Part shown: positions 10,206 to 20,121 of the stretch, piece by piece
How the letters are laid out: every line of letters begins with the position of its first letter
How positions within the stretch are numbered: position 1 is the stretch's first letter
Origin: Candidatus Latescibacterota bacterium
GTDB lineage: Bacteria; Latescibacterota; UBA2968; UBA8231
Length of the DNA stretch: 64,000 bases
Assembly: GCA_965204725.1 (NCBI GenBank)
Contig: OZ242005.1
Coordinates: forward strand, 4,448,001-4,512,000
Direction: 5' to 3'
The notes under the pieces: model-generated
The model's database searches: none
What the model was told of the DNA's origin: nothing
Seen by the model: only the letters and a program-made list of their open reading frames with translations
Made by a program: the position numbers and the translations under genes

Positions 10206-11210
10206 CTAGTGCTCGGCTTGGTGGTAGGGCGAGGGTTGGGGTAGGGTGTCGCGGAGAGCGGCTCGCGTGGGGAAGAGGAGGGCGGCTTTTGCCGGCGTTA
10301 TGGAGCAGATATGGCCGGTGGTGTGGAGGCGGAGGTAGTGCCCGCGGTCGTCGGCTGTGCCAACGGCGAGGGTGTCTATGGTGCCGTCTTCGTCTTCGAG
10401 ATAGAGATAGCGCGCTTGGGCAAAAGCCTCGGTGCGGCCCGGATCGTGCAGAGCCGACCACGTCAGGTGCTTGAGGAAGTCGGCGTAGGCTTCTACGCTC
10501 GGGGTGAGGCAGACCTCGGGGCCTGCCGCAGACGAGGCCACCCACTCGTAGGTCGGCATCACGGGGCCGGGTGCGGTCATGGCTTTTAGCTGGCGGTCGA
10601 GGGATTGGACCGGGTAAGCCGGGTCGCCGGCAAAGGCGATGCGCCGCAGACCCTTGCGCTGTAAGGCTTGGGGCAGGACGCGGCGGTCGAGCATAGGAGC
10701 GGGCGGGGTGGTGTCGAGCGCATGGACCGGATGGGCGTGGAGGTGGAAGATGCTGTCGGCCCCAACGCGCTGGATGTACGATTCCCCGGTGCGCGACCCG
10801 GGTGCCCCGCGCCCTTGGCGCACTTCGAGTAAGGGACGCCCCTGTTGGTCGAGCAGGTGGATGCGGATGCGACCCGGGCCGAGACCATAGCGGGCCAAAT
10901 CCCCAGGCTCAGCCGAGACAAAGGTCGCCGGCGTGGCGAGCAGGCTCTGGAGTAGGTGCTCGACGCGGCGGTTGAGGACAAAGGCGCGGTGATACGCTGG
11001 GAAATGCCAACTGCCCCCGTGCCGGACGTAGTGCCAACGGCGTCCGCCCGCGCGAATCTCGATCTGCGCGATGGCGGCGGTCGGCTCGGGCGTCAAGAGG
11101 CGCAAGGCCCCGGCGGTGCGACGCCCGGTGCGCTGGTGCTCGCGCAACGCGCTCTCCCCGAGGACGAGCAGGACCAGCAAGGCCCCCAGCGCACAGAGCA
11201 AGCGAATCAC
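10206..11210 (-). CDS. DUF4340-like membrane-anchored protein of the Gld-like ABC operon
   Basis: GTG start overlaps the upstream stop (GTGA); N-terminal TM; DLARYGL motif; operon position. Confidence 0.7.
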   Translation of the reverse strand: MIRLLCALGALLVLLVLGESALREHQRTGRRTAGALRLLTPEPTAAIAQIEIRAGGRRWHYVRHGGSWHFPAYHRAFVLNRRVEHLLQSLLATPATFVSAEPGDLARYGLGPGRIRIHLLDQQGRPLLEVRQGRGAPGSRTGESYIQRVGADSIFHLHAHPVHALDTTPPAPMLDRRVLPQALQRKGLRRIAFAGDPAYPVQSLDRQLKAMTAPGPVMPTYEWVASSAAGPEVCLTPSVEAYADFLKHLTWSALHDPGRTEAFAQARYLYLEDEDGTIDTLAVGTADDRGHYLRLHTTGHICSITPAKAALLFPTRAALRDTLPQPSPYHQAEH

Positions 11211-14200
11211 GGTCGCCTCGTGCGGCGATAGAGAGCGTAGCCCAAAAACAGCAGCGGTCCCGTGCCCACCACGAGGAGCCGCCACAGACGCTTGGCCTCG
11301 GTGCTCTGGAAGGGAAAGCCGCGCGGCGTCGGCCGCCGGGCCTGTAAGGCCGCGAGGTCCTCGCCATAAGCGTTGGACGCCACGGCATTGAGCAAGAATT
11401 GATCGTGCTGAAAGCCGGAGGCCAACAGGTGCTCGTTTTTGAACATCTCCGAAGAGCCGATCAGGAGTAAACTCCCTGCTTGCTGCGGGAGCTCGCCCAC
11501 GCGCTGGAGCACGGCGCGGCCGTCCTCGTCTTCGGCAAACTCGACCTCGGGAAAAGGCCCGGTAAGCCGCGCGACTAGGGGTTGAGCACCGGGCAGGTAC
11601 GTCTGCGAGGCGAAGACCTCGGGCGGCAGCCAACCGCCCTGCCAAGGGTACGCCCAGGCTTGGGGCGAGGTGGCGATCAGGGTCTGAGCCGTTATGCCCG
11701 CCCTGCTTAGCTGCGCCGGTTGGAAAGCAAAGCGGTTCCCCCAGATAAAGAGCAGGTCGCCGAGGTGCCGGGTGATGGGCGAGGTGCGGTCGTAGTGCTG
11801 GCCGACGGCGCGGATCAAGAAAGGCAAGGCGACCTTTTGGGGGTCGTACTCGCGCACAGCCGTGCGGTTGACTTGGGTTTCTAGGTTGAGGTGCGACTGG
11901 GTGCGGTCAAAGAGCACCTCGCGGAGCTGTTCTACGCCAAAGAGCCGGAGATAGCGGTCGAAGTCTTGGAATTGAGGTTGGGGCCAGTACACCGTTTGAA
12001 AGCCCGCCCCGCGGTACTGACGCTGCTGGATGTTGAAGTGCTGCATGGCGACAATGGCCTTGCCCCCCTGCGCCAGATGCTGGCTCAGCAGCAACAAAAT
12101 CGGCCCCGAGTCGCGGCGCGGCTGCATCCACAACAAGACATCTACGTCGGTCGGCATGGTTGGGGTGCGCGGATTGATGTAGTGGACGTCGTAGAGATAG
12201 TCGGCGAGCAGGGCTTTCAAGTCGCTGTACACGTCGGTGCCGCCGGGGGCAATAAGCCCCTTTTTCTGGTAGTCTTCGAGGGCTTCAGCCGGCGAGAGGC
12301 GCGGCAAGTCGGAGATGACGGCCACGCGCATTTTGCGCCCCTGTTGCAGGCTGTGGGCGGCCGCGGCCAAGAGGAATTCGAGGTGGTGCAGGGTGCGCTG
12401 GTCGAGTTGCGGCACGACCATGCTGCGCCCGTTGCCCAGCAGACGCAGGCCACTCCATAGGTATTGGGTGGCGAGTGTGTCGTTGAGGACGCGTTCGGCT
12501 GGGAAGGGCACCAGCCCCTCGGCGGCGAGCGCCTGCTGCTGGTCGGGGGTCAGGGCGTCGGGTCGGATCACGCGGAGGGGAATGTTGCAGTCGGCGAGCA
12601 AGGCGCGGATGCGGTCTTCGGCGTCTTTGAGTGGCCGGGGCATGGAGGCCCGGTGCGTGGCGATCAGCTCGGCGGCTAGGGATGTGCCCTGCAACAAGCG
12701 GCCCAAAAGCGGCGAGGGCGTGTTGAGTTGGTCGGCCGTTAGGTCGAGATAAGGACCGCGCCCGCGCCAGATGAGCGCACCCATGAGGAGCACCAAGCAG
12801 GCCAAGCCGAGTTGCCGGCCCCAACGGCCGGTCGGCCAGCGCCAGCGGCTGTGGCGCAGATAGTGCCTAACGCCGAGGCCCACAAACGCCAGCGGCACTA
12901 AAAAGACCGCAAAGAACCGCCAGAAGAAGCGGGCGAGTGCGCCGGGCGGGATGAGCCGCGGTGCCCCGCCCTTTTCCACGCGCCCCCTCAGCACGCGCTC
13001 GGGTTGGCCGTAGGTGCGGATGAGGTTTTGCAAAAAGACGCGGTGGGCGTAACCGGGTTGGTTGATGATGCCGTCTTGGAAGGGCGACGCACTGGCTAGG
13101 ACGAATAGCTGCCCCCACCAAGGGTCGTCCGGCTTGAGCAAGACCAGCAAGTTTTGTTTGGGCACGGGCAGGCCGCCGGTTAAATCGGCGTCGGTGAAGG
13201 AGCCGGTGGGCAGGGGCCGGACGCGGGGGCTTTCGGTGGTGGTGCCGACGATTTCCGCGTGGAAGCCTTGGGCTTGTACGGCCTGCGGATCGACTTCGAG
13301 TGCGCTAGCGGCCACGAAATTAAGCCCGCCGCGACCGGGCGCGGCAAAGCTCTTCATATTGTAAAAAGCGGGCAGCACCCGGAGATGAAAGGGCGCGACG
13401 ACTTCGCCCGAGTCGAGGGCGACCGGCCCGGTGTTTTTATCGACGAGCAGGTCCGGCACCGGCCGGATGCCAAAGGGCTGGAGCAGGTGCCCCCAAGCAG
13501 GGGGTGCGCGATGTACCCAGTAGGAGATCGCGTCCTCGGCTGGGGCGTAGCCGATCTGGTAGGTGCTGCCGGCCAGTACTACACTGCGGCCCGACTCTAG
13601 GAAGGCAAGCAACTGCCGCACGTGCTCGGGCGTGGCGACCTCGGGCTGAATCCAGAACAACACGTCGATTGCCGGGGGGATGGTCGGATCGCGGTTGAGA
13701 TCGAGCTCGACGACCGGCCCGGCCTCGTTGAGAAAGGCCGCCAAAAGCTGGAAAGGCGGCGGTGCCGACACGCCAAAGGTCGGCTGCGGCGGCTGCGGCC
13801 CGGCCTGTAGTTGGGCGATGACGTACTCTTCTAGATAAGGCAGGTGGTCTGGCTCTATGCTTTGGACGAGTAGTTCGGGTGCGTTGGTGCGGGCGATTAC
13901 CAGCGAGGACCAGATTTTTTGCTCGGAATGCTCGTCGTGCAACACCCGCCGCACGCTGAAGGCGGAGGCCTTTTTGCTGGCTGCATAGCCGATGCCCGCG
14001 CGCCCGCTCTGGTCTGGGTCGATGACTCGATAGTCAATGCGGCCGGGTGCTTGGTCGCGCAGAGCCGACAGGAGCTGGCGGACTTGAGGTTCGAGTTCCT
14101 TGAGATGCGCCGGCATGTTTTCGCGGGCGGTGGCAAAGTAGGTGATGGAAAGCGGGGCGTCTAAGGAGCGGAGGTAGCGTTGGGTCGCTGGTGCGAGCGT

Positions 14201-14329
14201 GGTGATGTCGTGCCCGGCTAGGTCGAAGGTCCAGCTTCCCGTCAGGTTCAGGAGGCGGCTGGCGTACGCCACAATGCCCAAGAGTAAGGCGAAAGCCAGC
14301 ACCGTTTGGAGCAGGAAGTGCCGCTTCAA
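11207..14329 (-). CDS. GldG-like ABC transporter auxiliary component with two tandem GldG-type modules
   Basis: TTG start overlaps the permease stop; FDL...TLAPATQRYLRSLDAPLSITYF and a second LDLTADQLNTPS module; TM segments at N-terminus, middle and C-terminus. Confidence 0.75.
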   Translation of the reverse strand: MKRHFLLQTVLAFALLLGIVAYASRLLNLTGSWTFDLAGHDITTLAPATQRYLRSLDAPLSITYFATARENMPAHLKELEPQVRQLLSALRDQAPGRIDYRVIDPDQSGRAGIGYAASKKASAFSVRRVLHDEHSEQKIWSSLVIARTNAPELLVQSIEPDHLPYLEEYVIAQLQAGPQPPQPTFGVSAPPPFQLLAAFLNEAGPVVELDLNRDPTIPPAIDVLFWIQPEVATPEHVRQLLAFLESGRSVVLAGSTYQIGYAPAEDAISYWVHRAPPAWGHLLQPFGIRPVPDLLVDKNTGPVALDSGEVVAPFHLRVLPAFYNMKSFAAPGRGGLNFVAASALEVDPQAVQAQGFHAEIVGTTTESPRVRPLPTGSFTDADLTGGLPVPKQNLLVLLKPDDPWWGQLFVLASASPFQDGIINQPGYAHRVFLQNLIRTYGQPERVLRGRVEKGGAPRLIPPGALARFFWRFFAVFLVPLAFVGLGVRHYLRHSRWRWPTGRWGRQLGLACLVLLMGALIWRGRGPYLDLTADQLNTPSPLLGRLLQGTSLAAELIATHRASMPRPLKDAEDRIRALLADCNIPLRVIRPDALTPDQQQALAAEGLVPFPAERVLNDTLATQYLWSGLRLLGNGRSMVVPQLDQRTLHHLEFLLAAAAHSLQQGRKMRVAVISDLPRLSPAEALEDYQKKGLIAPGGTDVYSDLKALLADYLYDVHYINPRTPTMPTDVDVLLWMQPRRDSGPILLLLSQHLAQGGKAIVAMQHFNIQQRQYRGAGFQTVYWPQPQFQDFDRYLRLFGVEQLREVLFDRTQSHLNLETQVNRTAVREYDPQKVALPFLIRAVGQHYDRTSPITRHLGDLLFIWGNRFAFQPAQLSRAGITAQTLIATSPQAWAYPWQGGWLPPEVFASQTYLPGAQPLVARLTGPFPEVEFAEDEDGRAVLQRVGELPQQAGSLLLIGSSEMFKNEHLLASGFQHDQFLLNAVASNAYGEDLAALQARRPTPRGFPFQSTEAKRLWRLLVVGTGPLLFLGYALYRRTRRP

Positions 14330-15093
14330 TACTTGGATCTCTGGAGGCTGAGGTAGTTCATTGAGACGAAAAAGCCGCTCATCAACGCGAAGTATAGCAG
14401 GTCGGCGAGGGCGATTACGCCGCGGCCAAACGCCTCGTAGTGGGGCAGAACCGATATGGTCTCGTACAGCCACGTGCCCGGCTGATAGGCCGGCGCGAGT
14501 CCGTCGAGGACCTCGACTACTTTCTCGTGCCCGCTGAGGACGAAGAAGAAGCCAAAGAGCGCGGCGAGCACAAAGGCCACGATCTGGTCGCGGGTCAGGC
14601 CGGAGGCAAACAGGCCGAAGGACAGAAAGAAAGCACCCAACAGCAGGGCGCCGAGATAGCTCGCGCCGATGCGCCCGAGATCGGGATCCCCGAGGAAGAG
14701 CAACATTAGCACGATGGGCAGGCTACCGGCGAGGACGATGGCGTAGAAGCAGAGGGCCGCGACATACTTGCCGATCACGACTTGCAAGGAGTGCAGCGGC
14801 AGGGTCATCAGCAGCTCAAAGGTGTGCTGGGCGTGTTCTTCGGCCCAAGCGCGCATGGTAATGGCGGGGACGAAGGGAATCAACAGGAAGGGCAGCGCAG
14901 TGAAGTACGGCCCCATATCGACAACCCCGTCGAGAAAAAAGGAGTTCATAAAGGTCGTGCAAGACAGCACCAAAAAGACCGCCGCGTACGCATAGGCAAT
15001 GGGCGAATCAAAATACGCCTCTAGCTCGCGGTCGAAGACGATGCGTGCGCCGCGCAGGCACTCGGCGGCCGACAGGCGTTGTGCGTCAGCCAT
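14326..15093 (-). CDS. ABC-2 type permease (GldF-like)
   Basis: RELEAYFDSPIAY, PAITMRAWAEE...TFELLMTLP...GKY, SGLTRDQIVAF motifs. Confidence 0.9.
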   Translation of the reverse strand: MADAQRLSAAECLRGARIVFDRELEAYFDSPIAYAYAAVFLVLSCTTFMNSFFLDGVVDMGPYFTALPFLLIPFVPAITMRAWAEEHAQHTFELLMTLPLHSLQVVIGKYVAALCFYAIVLAGSLPIVLMLLFLGDPDLGRIGASYLGALLLGAFFLSFGLFASGLTRDQIVAFVLAALFGFFFVLSGHEKVVEVLDGLAPAYQPGTWLYETISVLPHYEAFGRGVIALADLLYFALMSGFFVSMNYLSLQRSKY

Positions 15094-15823
15094 GGGCAGG
15101 GGTGGTGGTGCGGACGAGGTGGGCGAAGACCGCTTCGAGACCGGCCCCGGGAATGCCGGCGTCGTCGGCCAACTGTTCGACGCGGCCATCGCCGAGCAAG
15201 CGCCCTTGGTGGATGATCAACACGCGGTCGGCCATGGCCTCGACGTCGCCGATGATGTGGGTGCTAAAGAGGATTGCGCGGCCCGAACTGAGCGAACGCA
15301 AGGTGTCGCGGAAGGCCAGTACCTGCAGGGGGTCGAAGCCGTGCGTTGGCTCGTCGAGGAGCAAAATTGGCGGATCGTGGACCATGGCGATGGCTAGGCC
15401 GATGCGCTGGCGGAACCCGGTGGAGCACTCCTTGATGCGCTGGGTGAGCACGTCTTTCAGCCCGCAGAGCGCGACCACGTGCGCCAAGCCCTGCTGCAAG
15501 GCATCGCCTTCGAGGCCGCGGGCCCGGGCGATGAAGCGGAGGAACGCATCGACGCGCATTTCTTGGTAGAGTGGGGTGTCGCCCGACAGGTAGCCGATGT
15601 GGCGGCGCACGGCGAGCGGATGCTCCACCACGTCGAGCCCGTTGATGGTGATTTTGCCGGCCGTAGGGTGAATAAAGGTGGAGAGCATCTTGAGCATGGT
15701 GCTCTTACCAGCCCCATTGGGGCCGACGAAGCCGACGATCTCGCCTGAGTCAACGGCGAAGCTGACCGCGTCAACGGCGGTCAAAGTGCCATAGCGGCGG
15801 GTGACGGATTCTACGCGGATCAT
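15086..15823 (-). CDS. ABC transporter ATP-binding protein (GldA-like)
   Basis: Walker A GPNGAGKST, signature-like STGFRQR, Walker B LLLDEP, STH. Confidence 0.95.
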   Translation of the reverse strand: MIRVESVTRRYGTLTAVDAVSFAVDSGEIVGFVGPNGAGKSTMLKMLSTFIHPTAGKITINGLDVVEHPLAVRRHIGYLSGDTPLYQEMRVDAFLRFIARARGLEGDALQQGLAHVVALCGLKDVLTQRIKECSTGFRQRIGLAIAMVHDPPILLLDEPTHGFDPLQVLAFRDTLRSLSSGRAILFSTHIIGDVEAMADRVLIIHQGRLLGDGRVEQLADDAGIPGAGLEAVFAHLVRTTTPAHG

Positions 15824-15835
15824 GCGCGGGGGCCG

Positions 15836-16243
15836 CTACTCCTTGAATACCCCGCAGCGGAGCATGGTCGCGCCGAAATAGGGATTGGCGATTCGGGCCT
15901 GATCTTTCTGCACCCAGTGCGCCCCCTTCTCGCCGTCGGCCATCGGGCAATACGCCACGACGTAGCCCTCGGGTATTTGGCCCTTCATCACTTCCGCGGA
16001 CAGCGGCTTGAACGCAGCGCGCACCGCGGCAAGATCAGCGGCGGACGCGGCTTTTTCTACCAGCGGCTTGAGCGTTGGGCTGGTGCTTTGCACCAAGCCT
16101 TGCAGTGCTTGGTGTGCCCGGTCTAGATCGTCAGCAGCTAAGGCTTCTTGGGCCGCGACGTAGGCGACTAGGGCCGGAGGGGCCGGCTCGGGCGAGCCAC
16201 AAGCCGCGATGGCGATGAGAAACGGGATAGACAGGTAGCGCAT
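15836..16243 (-). CDS. DUF3347-like lipoprotein (possible metal binding)
   Basis: Lipobox IAAC; YCPMA...WVQ...IANPYFGATMLRCG motif. Confidence 0.8.
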   Translation of the reverse strand: MRYLSIPFLIAIAACGSPEPAPPALVAYVAAQEALAADDLDRAHQALQGLVQSTSPTLKPLVEKAASAADLAAVRAAFKPLSAEVMKGQIPEGYVVAYCPMADGEKGAHWVQKDQARIANPYFGATMLRCGVFKE

Positions 16244-16325
16244 GGGAGATTTCTCGCGGAAAAGGGGGAAACGGAGGAGATGCCGGGCGATTTTTCTGCG
16301 GTATCGTACACTGCGCGAAGGAATA

Positions 16326-16532
16326 TCATTCTTCGTCGAAGTTGAAGGACTTGACGCGCTCGTATTGTTCCTCAATGTCTTCTCGCGTGACGTACTCGCC
16401 GCGCTGCAAGCGAATGTCGCCACTCGATAGGAGACTAACGATGCGCCTATCGGCTAGGCGTCTGTCCTCATCAGTACGAGTTGTTACCTTGGGACTGTGC
16501 AATGCCAACCGGATAAACCGCATGAGATTCAT
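16326..16532 (-). CDS. Hypothetical 68-aa protein
   Basis: Compact ORF with purine-rich RBS (gaaagagag); no recognisable family. Confidence 0.5.
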   Translation of the reverse strand: MNLMRFIRLALHSPKVTTRTDEDRRLADRRIVSLLSSGDIRLQRGEYVTREDIEEQYERVKSFNFDEE

Positions 16533-16549
16533 GGGTACTCTCTTTCTAA

Positions 16550-16686
16550 GAGGCTGTCTGAAAACTCACCTTGGGTCATGTTGAACAAGTCGTAGAGACG
16601 GGATCCGTCATTCCCGCGCAAGCGGGAATCCAGAAAAGGACCAAGCCAAATCAGAGACTGAAACCCTAACTGTAAGAACGCTTCTA
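16550..16686. mobile_element. ~137-bp MITE-like element with internal REP, TAA on both flanks
   Basis: Left end GAGGCTGTCTGAAAACTCACCTTGGGTCATGTTGAAC matches 31464 and (inverted) 33728; right part matches 50785-50985; simple REP GTCATTCCCGCGCAAGCGGGAATCC at 16607-16631. Confidence 0.7.
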
Positions 16687-16689
16687 AGG

Positions 16690-16899
16690 TCAGCCGCCCC
16701 ATTTTTTTAAGACGAGATTTCCAAGAAATGAAACGATGATCAGGCCGATAATCCACCGCTGACCTGTCCGCAACTCGGTCAAGGCGCGATCTATGCTATC
16801 CAACCGCTTATCCATCTGCGCGGCGATGCCTTTCTGCGTCCCAATCCGCCCTTCATGGTCTAAATCTACTGTATTCAGTTGCTCGCTGGGCGTGCTCAC
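16690..16899 (-). CDS. Small coiled-coil protein with C-terminal TM (XhlA/DUF1640-like), paralog of 35686..35916
   Basis: DHEGRIG...MDKRLDSIDRALTELR...RWIIGL aligns with DHDRRIG...LDRRLDAIERAIAELR...RWLIGI; RBS aaggag. Confidence 0.7.
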   Translation of the reverse strand: MSTPSEQLNTVDLDHEGRIGTQKGIAAQMDKRLDSIDRALTELRTGQRWIIGLIIVSFLGNLVLKKWGG

Positions 16900-17141
16900 A
16901 ATCCAAACTCCTTTTTTGATGGTTGTGGTACAAAATAAAACCCCGTCATCCCCCGAATACCCCGGACGCCATTGGGCAGCGGCTAAGTCCGCGCCATGCC
17001 CGACGGCGTCTCGTTTTCGCCAACCCCGCCTCGCTCTATCTCTATAGGAAATACATATTTAGAATATAAAATCGCACCTGTCATCAGAAGATTCTCCACA
17101 AGGGGAACTGCTCTTTGCGAATGTAATCAGGTATATTTCTC

Positions 17142-18674
17142 GTGTCAAAAAAGAAGCGTATCCTAGATGGCAAACCCCAACAGCTTTTGACCGGCGAGTG
17201 TATAAAGGGAGCAAAAATCGTGTCTGAACTCGACCCCTATCCCGGCCCCAACGAGGAAGTGCTGGCCGCGCAGGCGCGCGTCTGTACCGGGCCGCACCAG
17301 AGTCGCCCGCTGGGCCAAAAAGAAGGCGCCCCCGATCCTCGGCGCATCCTAGCACTGATTTTTGCCTCGCTCAAGGGGGCCTTGCCCCGCGCCGAGCAGG
17401 TTTCCCCGGCCCAGATGGGCGCGTTTTTCGCGGCCATGTCCATTCGCCGCACCTTTGGCGAGCGGACGGGATGGAGCGCGGCCGAGGTCGAGGCTTTTGA
17501 CCGCTGTGGGGACGCGCTGGCGCAGATGCCCGAGGATTTGCGCTTCCTGCTGGGGATGGCCCCTAATTTCGCTGGCTGCGGCGCGGGCGAAGCGCGGGTG
17601 GTTACGGCGTTGCGCCCCGTTTTGCAGGGGGAGCACCTGCGCTACGAGGAAGTGCGCGGTGCGCTCGAAGCCATGTTAGCGGACGCGGTGCGCCCCTCGC
17701 TGATGGCCGCGTTCTTGATCGGCCAGCGGATGAACATTGAAAACGAGGAAGAGGTTCGCGCTCATCTCGACGCGGTGCGCCCCTCAGAGCAGGTAGCCGC
17801 GCTGCAAGTGGAGGCGTTGACGCATTTTGGCCAGCCCTTTGACGGGGCCACGCGCTTCTTTCACCCGACGCTCTTCGTCGCGGCCGTGCGGGCGGCCTTG
17901 AACCGGCCGACCGTCCTCCACGGCGTCGCCGAAATGCCGCCCAAGCGCGGCGTCACCGAGGAAGGGGTGCTCGCGGCCTTGGGTGCGCGGGTTGACCTGC
18001 CGCTGGCGACCGCGGCCCGTTGCATCGAAGACCCGGCCGTTGGGTTTGCATACGTGAGCCAGCGCGAGTACGCCCCCTCTGCGTATGCGTTGCGCCATTT
18101 GCGCTCCCACATTGCCAAACGCCCGCCGTGGGCCACTACCGAGAAGGCCCAGCAGTTGTTCGCCGGCGCGGCTTGGAACGGCATGGTCGCGGGCTTTTAC
18201 CACGCTGGCTACGAAGACAAGCTGTTGGGATTGATGCAGGCGCGCGGGCTGGACGCCGGGCTGGTGATCAAGGGCGAGGAGGGGAGCAGCCACTACGGGT
18301 TGCGCTTGGGTAAGCCTTCGGACGCTCGGCGCAAGGCCATCAACTACACGCAGGGATTCCGCCGCGTCCGCGGTGTGCTGACGACGGTCGCTGGCGACGT
18401 GGACCCGAGGGACTACGGCTTTTGCTACGAGCAAAGCCCGCGCCCGGCAGTGGTGAGTGCCCCGGCTTTTGCCGCGCTGGGGGTAGCCGCGCTCAAGGGC
18501 GAGCAGGGCCACGCGTACGACCGCATCGCGCTCAACGCGGGCTTAATCGACTATTATCTGGGCCTAAGTGCGAGTGCTCAAGAGGGGTTGGCCGAGGCGC
18601 GGGAGGCTATGGATAGCGGCCGAGCGTTGGCGCGTCTGGAACGCTACATCAGCCGGTCGCAGGCGTCCAAATAG
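17142..18674 (+). CDS. Anthranilate phosphoribosyltransferase-like protein (glycosyl transferase family 3, YbiB-like)
   Basis: MAAFLIGQRM..E, PFDG, LHGV..MPPKRGVT, LRSHIAKRPPWATTEK, IALNAG, A...SGRA motifs. Confidence 0.75.
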   Translation: MSKKKRILDGKPQQLLTGECIKGAKIVSELDPYPGPNEEVLAAQARVCTGPHQSRPLGQKEGAPDPRRILALIFASLKGALPRAEQVSPAQMGAFFAAMSIRRTFGERTGWSAAEVEAFDRCGDALAQMPEDLRFLLGMAPNFAGCGAGEARVVTALRPVLQGEHLRYEEVRGALEAMLADAVRPSLMAAFLIGQRMNIENEEEVRAHLDAVRPSEQVAALQVEALTHFGQPFDGATRFFHPTLFVAAVRAALNRPTVLHGVAEMPPKRGVTEEGVLAALGARVDLPLATAARCIEDPAVGFAYVSQREYAPSAYALRHLRSHIAKRPPWATTEKAQQLFAGAAWNGMVAGFYHAGYEDKLLGLMQARGLDAGLVIKGEEGSSHYGLRLGKPSDARRKAINYTQGFRRVRGVLTTVAGDVDPRDYGFCYEQSPRPAVVSAPAFAALGVAALKGEQGHAYDRIALNAGLIDYYLGLSASAQEGLAEAREAMDSGRALARLERYISRSQASK

Positions 18675-19308
18675 TCGCGTCGATCTGCCCGGTCTCCAGA
18701 TAGGCGCGGACCGCACTGACCGAGCGGCGGATGGCGTCCATGATCGGCTCGGAATAGGCGGCGAAGGCCGCGGGAGCAATCTCCTGCGGCCTCGTTTCGT
18801 CTGGGGCCTCCTTGTGGCGGGCGCGGCCTTGGATTGACGCGGTTCGCCCGCAAACCAAGGAAGCAAAATCGTCGAGCCCGACTTCGACGAAGGCTTCTAC
18901 TTCTTCGTTGAATGCGGTTTCCCCCAAGGAGATAGGCCGCGTACAGAGGTAGAAAAACTGCACGGCAGAGCGCCCGGTGTCTCGGAGGGGTTGCTGCCCG
19001 AGGAAGAGCAATTCGGCGGGTGCCAGCGCGATGCCGACCTCCTCGGCAAATTCGCGCCGCGCCGCTGCGGGGGGCGTTTCCCCGGCTCGGATATGGCCGC
19101 CGGCCGGCGCGTCGAGGCTGCCCAAGTACGGGTCGCCGGGGCGCGAGCGAGTCTGCAATAGGGTGCGGGCCACGCCAGCGGCTGGACGCCAAGCCGCCCA
19201 GACGAAGACCAAGCCCACGCGATCGCTGTCGCGATAGGCGGCTGTGCGTTCCTTGGTGCCGATGGATTGTCCTTGGCCATTGAAGAGCGCGATGAGTTCG
19301 TCGGGCAT
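18649..19308 (-). CDS. NUDIX hydrolase (IPP-isomerase-like subfamily)
   Basis: GGHIRAGETPPAAARREFAEEVG Nudix box. Confidence 0.85.
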   Translation of the reverse strand: MPDELIALFNGQGQSIGTKERTAAYRDSDRVGLVFVWAAWRPAAGVARTLLQTRSRPGDPYLGSLDAPAGGHIRAGETPPAAARREFAEEVGIALAPAELLFLGQQPLRDTGRSAVQFFYLCTRPISLGETAFNEEVEAFVEVGLDDFASLVCGRTASIQGRARHKEAPDETRPQEIAPAAFAAYSEPIMDAIRRSVSAVRAYLETGQIDATIWTPATG

Positions 19309-19316
19309 GGAGCGGG

Positions 19317-20117
19317 TTACAAAAACACGGCCACAAACTGCAAGGCGAATGCGCCGACCGTGGCCAGCAGGCACAATCCACCAGCCAAATAAGCCCCCAA
19401 GCCCTCGCGCTCCGAGCTGCGGCTGAAGACATAAGCGGCCGCGTACCCGCCGATGAAGCCACCGCCGTGCGCCCAGTTATCGACGCCGGGCATCACAAAG
19501 CCCATGACGAAAAGCAAGGCCGCCCACTGGAGAAATTGCCGGGTGAAAAGCTGTGCCCCAGTGCGCCGACCGTAGGCGATGGGTGCGGCCAAGAGGCCGA
19601 AGATCGAGCCGGAGGCCCCGAGCGTGAGTTCGTGGCCCGCTAGGGCCGAGGCTAGGAAGCCGGCGATGCCGGCGACCGTGAAGATCGCAAAGAGGCGGAA
19701 GGGGCCAAAGATCTCTTCGACAACCGGGCCGAGCTGGCGAACCCACATCATGTTGAAGAAGATGTGCAGCAGGCCGCCGTGTAGATAGATGGCGGTGATC
19801 GGAGTCCACCAGAATTTATAGGAGAAGATGGGCACGGTGCCGGTGACGCCGAGCTTAAAGCTGGCTTGGATGCTGGGCGAGAGAATCTGCATTAGGCCCT
19901 GCGTCTGGAAAATCGCCGCTGGGTCGAGGGCCAAAGCGAGCAGGTAGAGCACGCCGCAGACCACGGTGATTAAGTGCGGGAAGTTTAGCTGGAGGCCGAG
20001 CCGGCGCATGGCGGCCGTCGCGCCCCAGAGCCCGGGTTTGCGCTGACCGCAATGAGGACAGATTGCGGCGTCGGAACTGACGATTTTGTGGCAGCGAGGG
20101 CAGAGGATGGCGGCCAT
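19317..20117 (-). CDS. Rhomboid family intramembrane serine protease with N-terminal Zn ribbon
   Basis: CPRC...CPHC; HGGLLHIFFNM, GASG, DNWAHGGG. Confidence 0.92.
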   Translation of the reverse strand: MAAILCPRCHKIVSSDAAICPHCGQRKPGLWGATAAMRRLGLQLNFPHLITVVCGVLYLLALALDPAAIFQTQGLMQILSPSIQASFKLGVTGTVPIFSYKFWWTPITAIYLHGGLLHIFFNMMWVRQLGPVVEEIFGPFRLFAIFTVAGIAGFLASALAGHELTLGASGSIFGLLAAPIAYGRRTGAQLFTRQFLQWAALLFVMGFVMPGVDNWAHGGGFIGGYAAAYVFSRSSEREGLGAYLAGGLCLLATVGAFALQFVAVFL

Positions 20118-20121
20118 CGTC

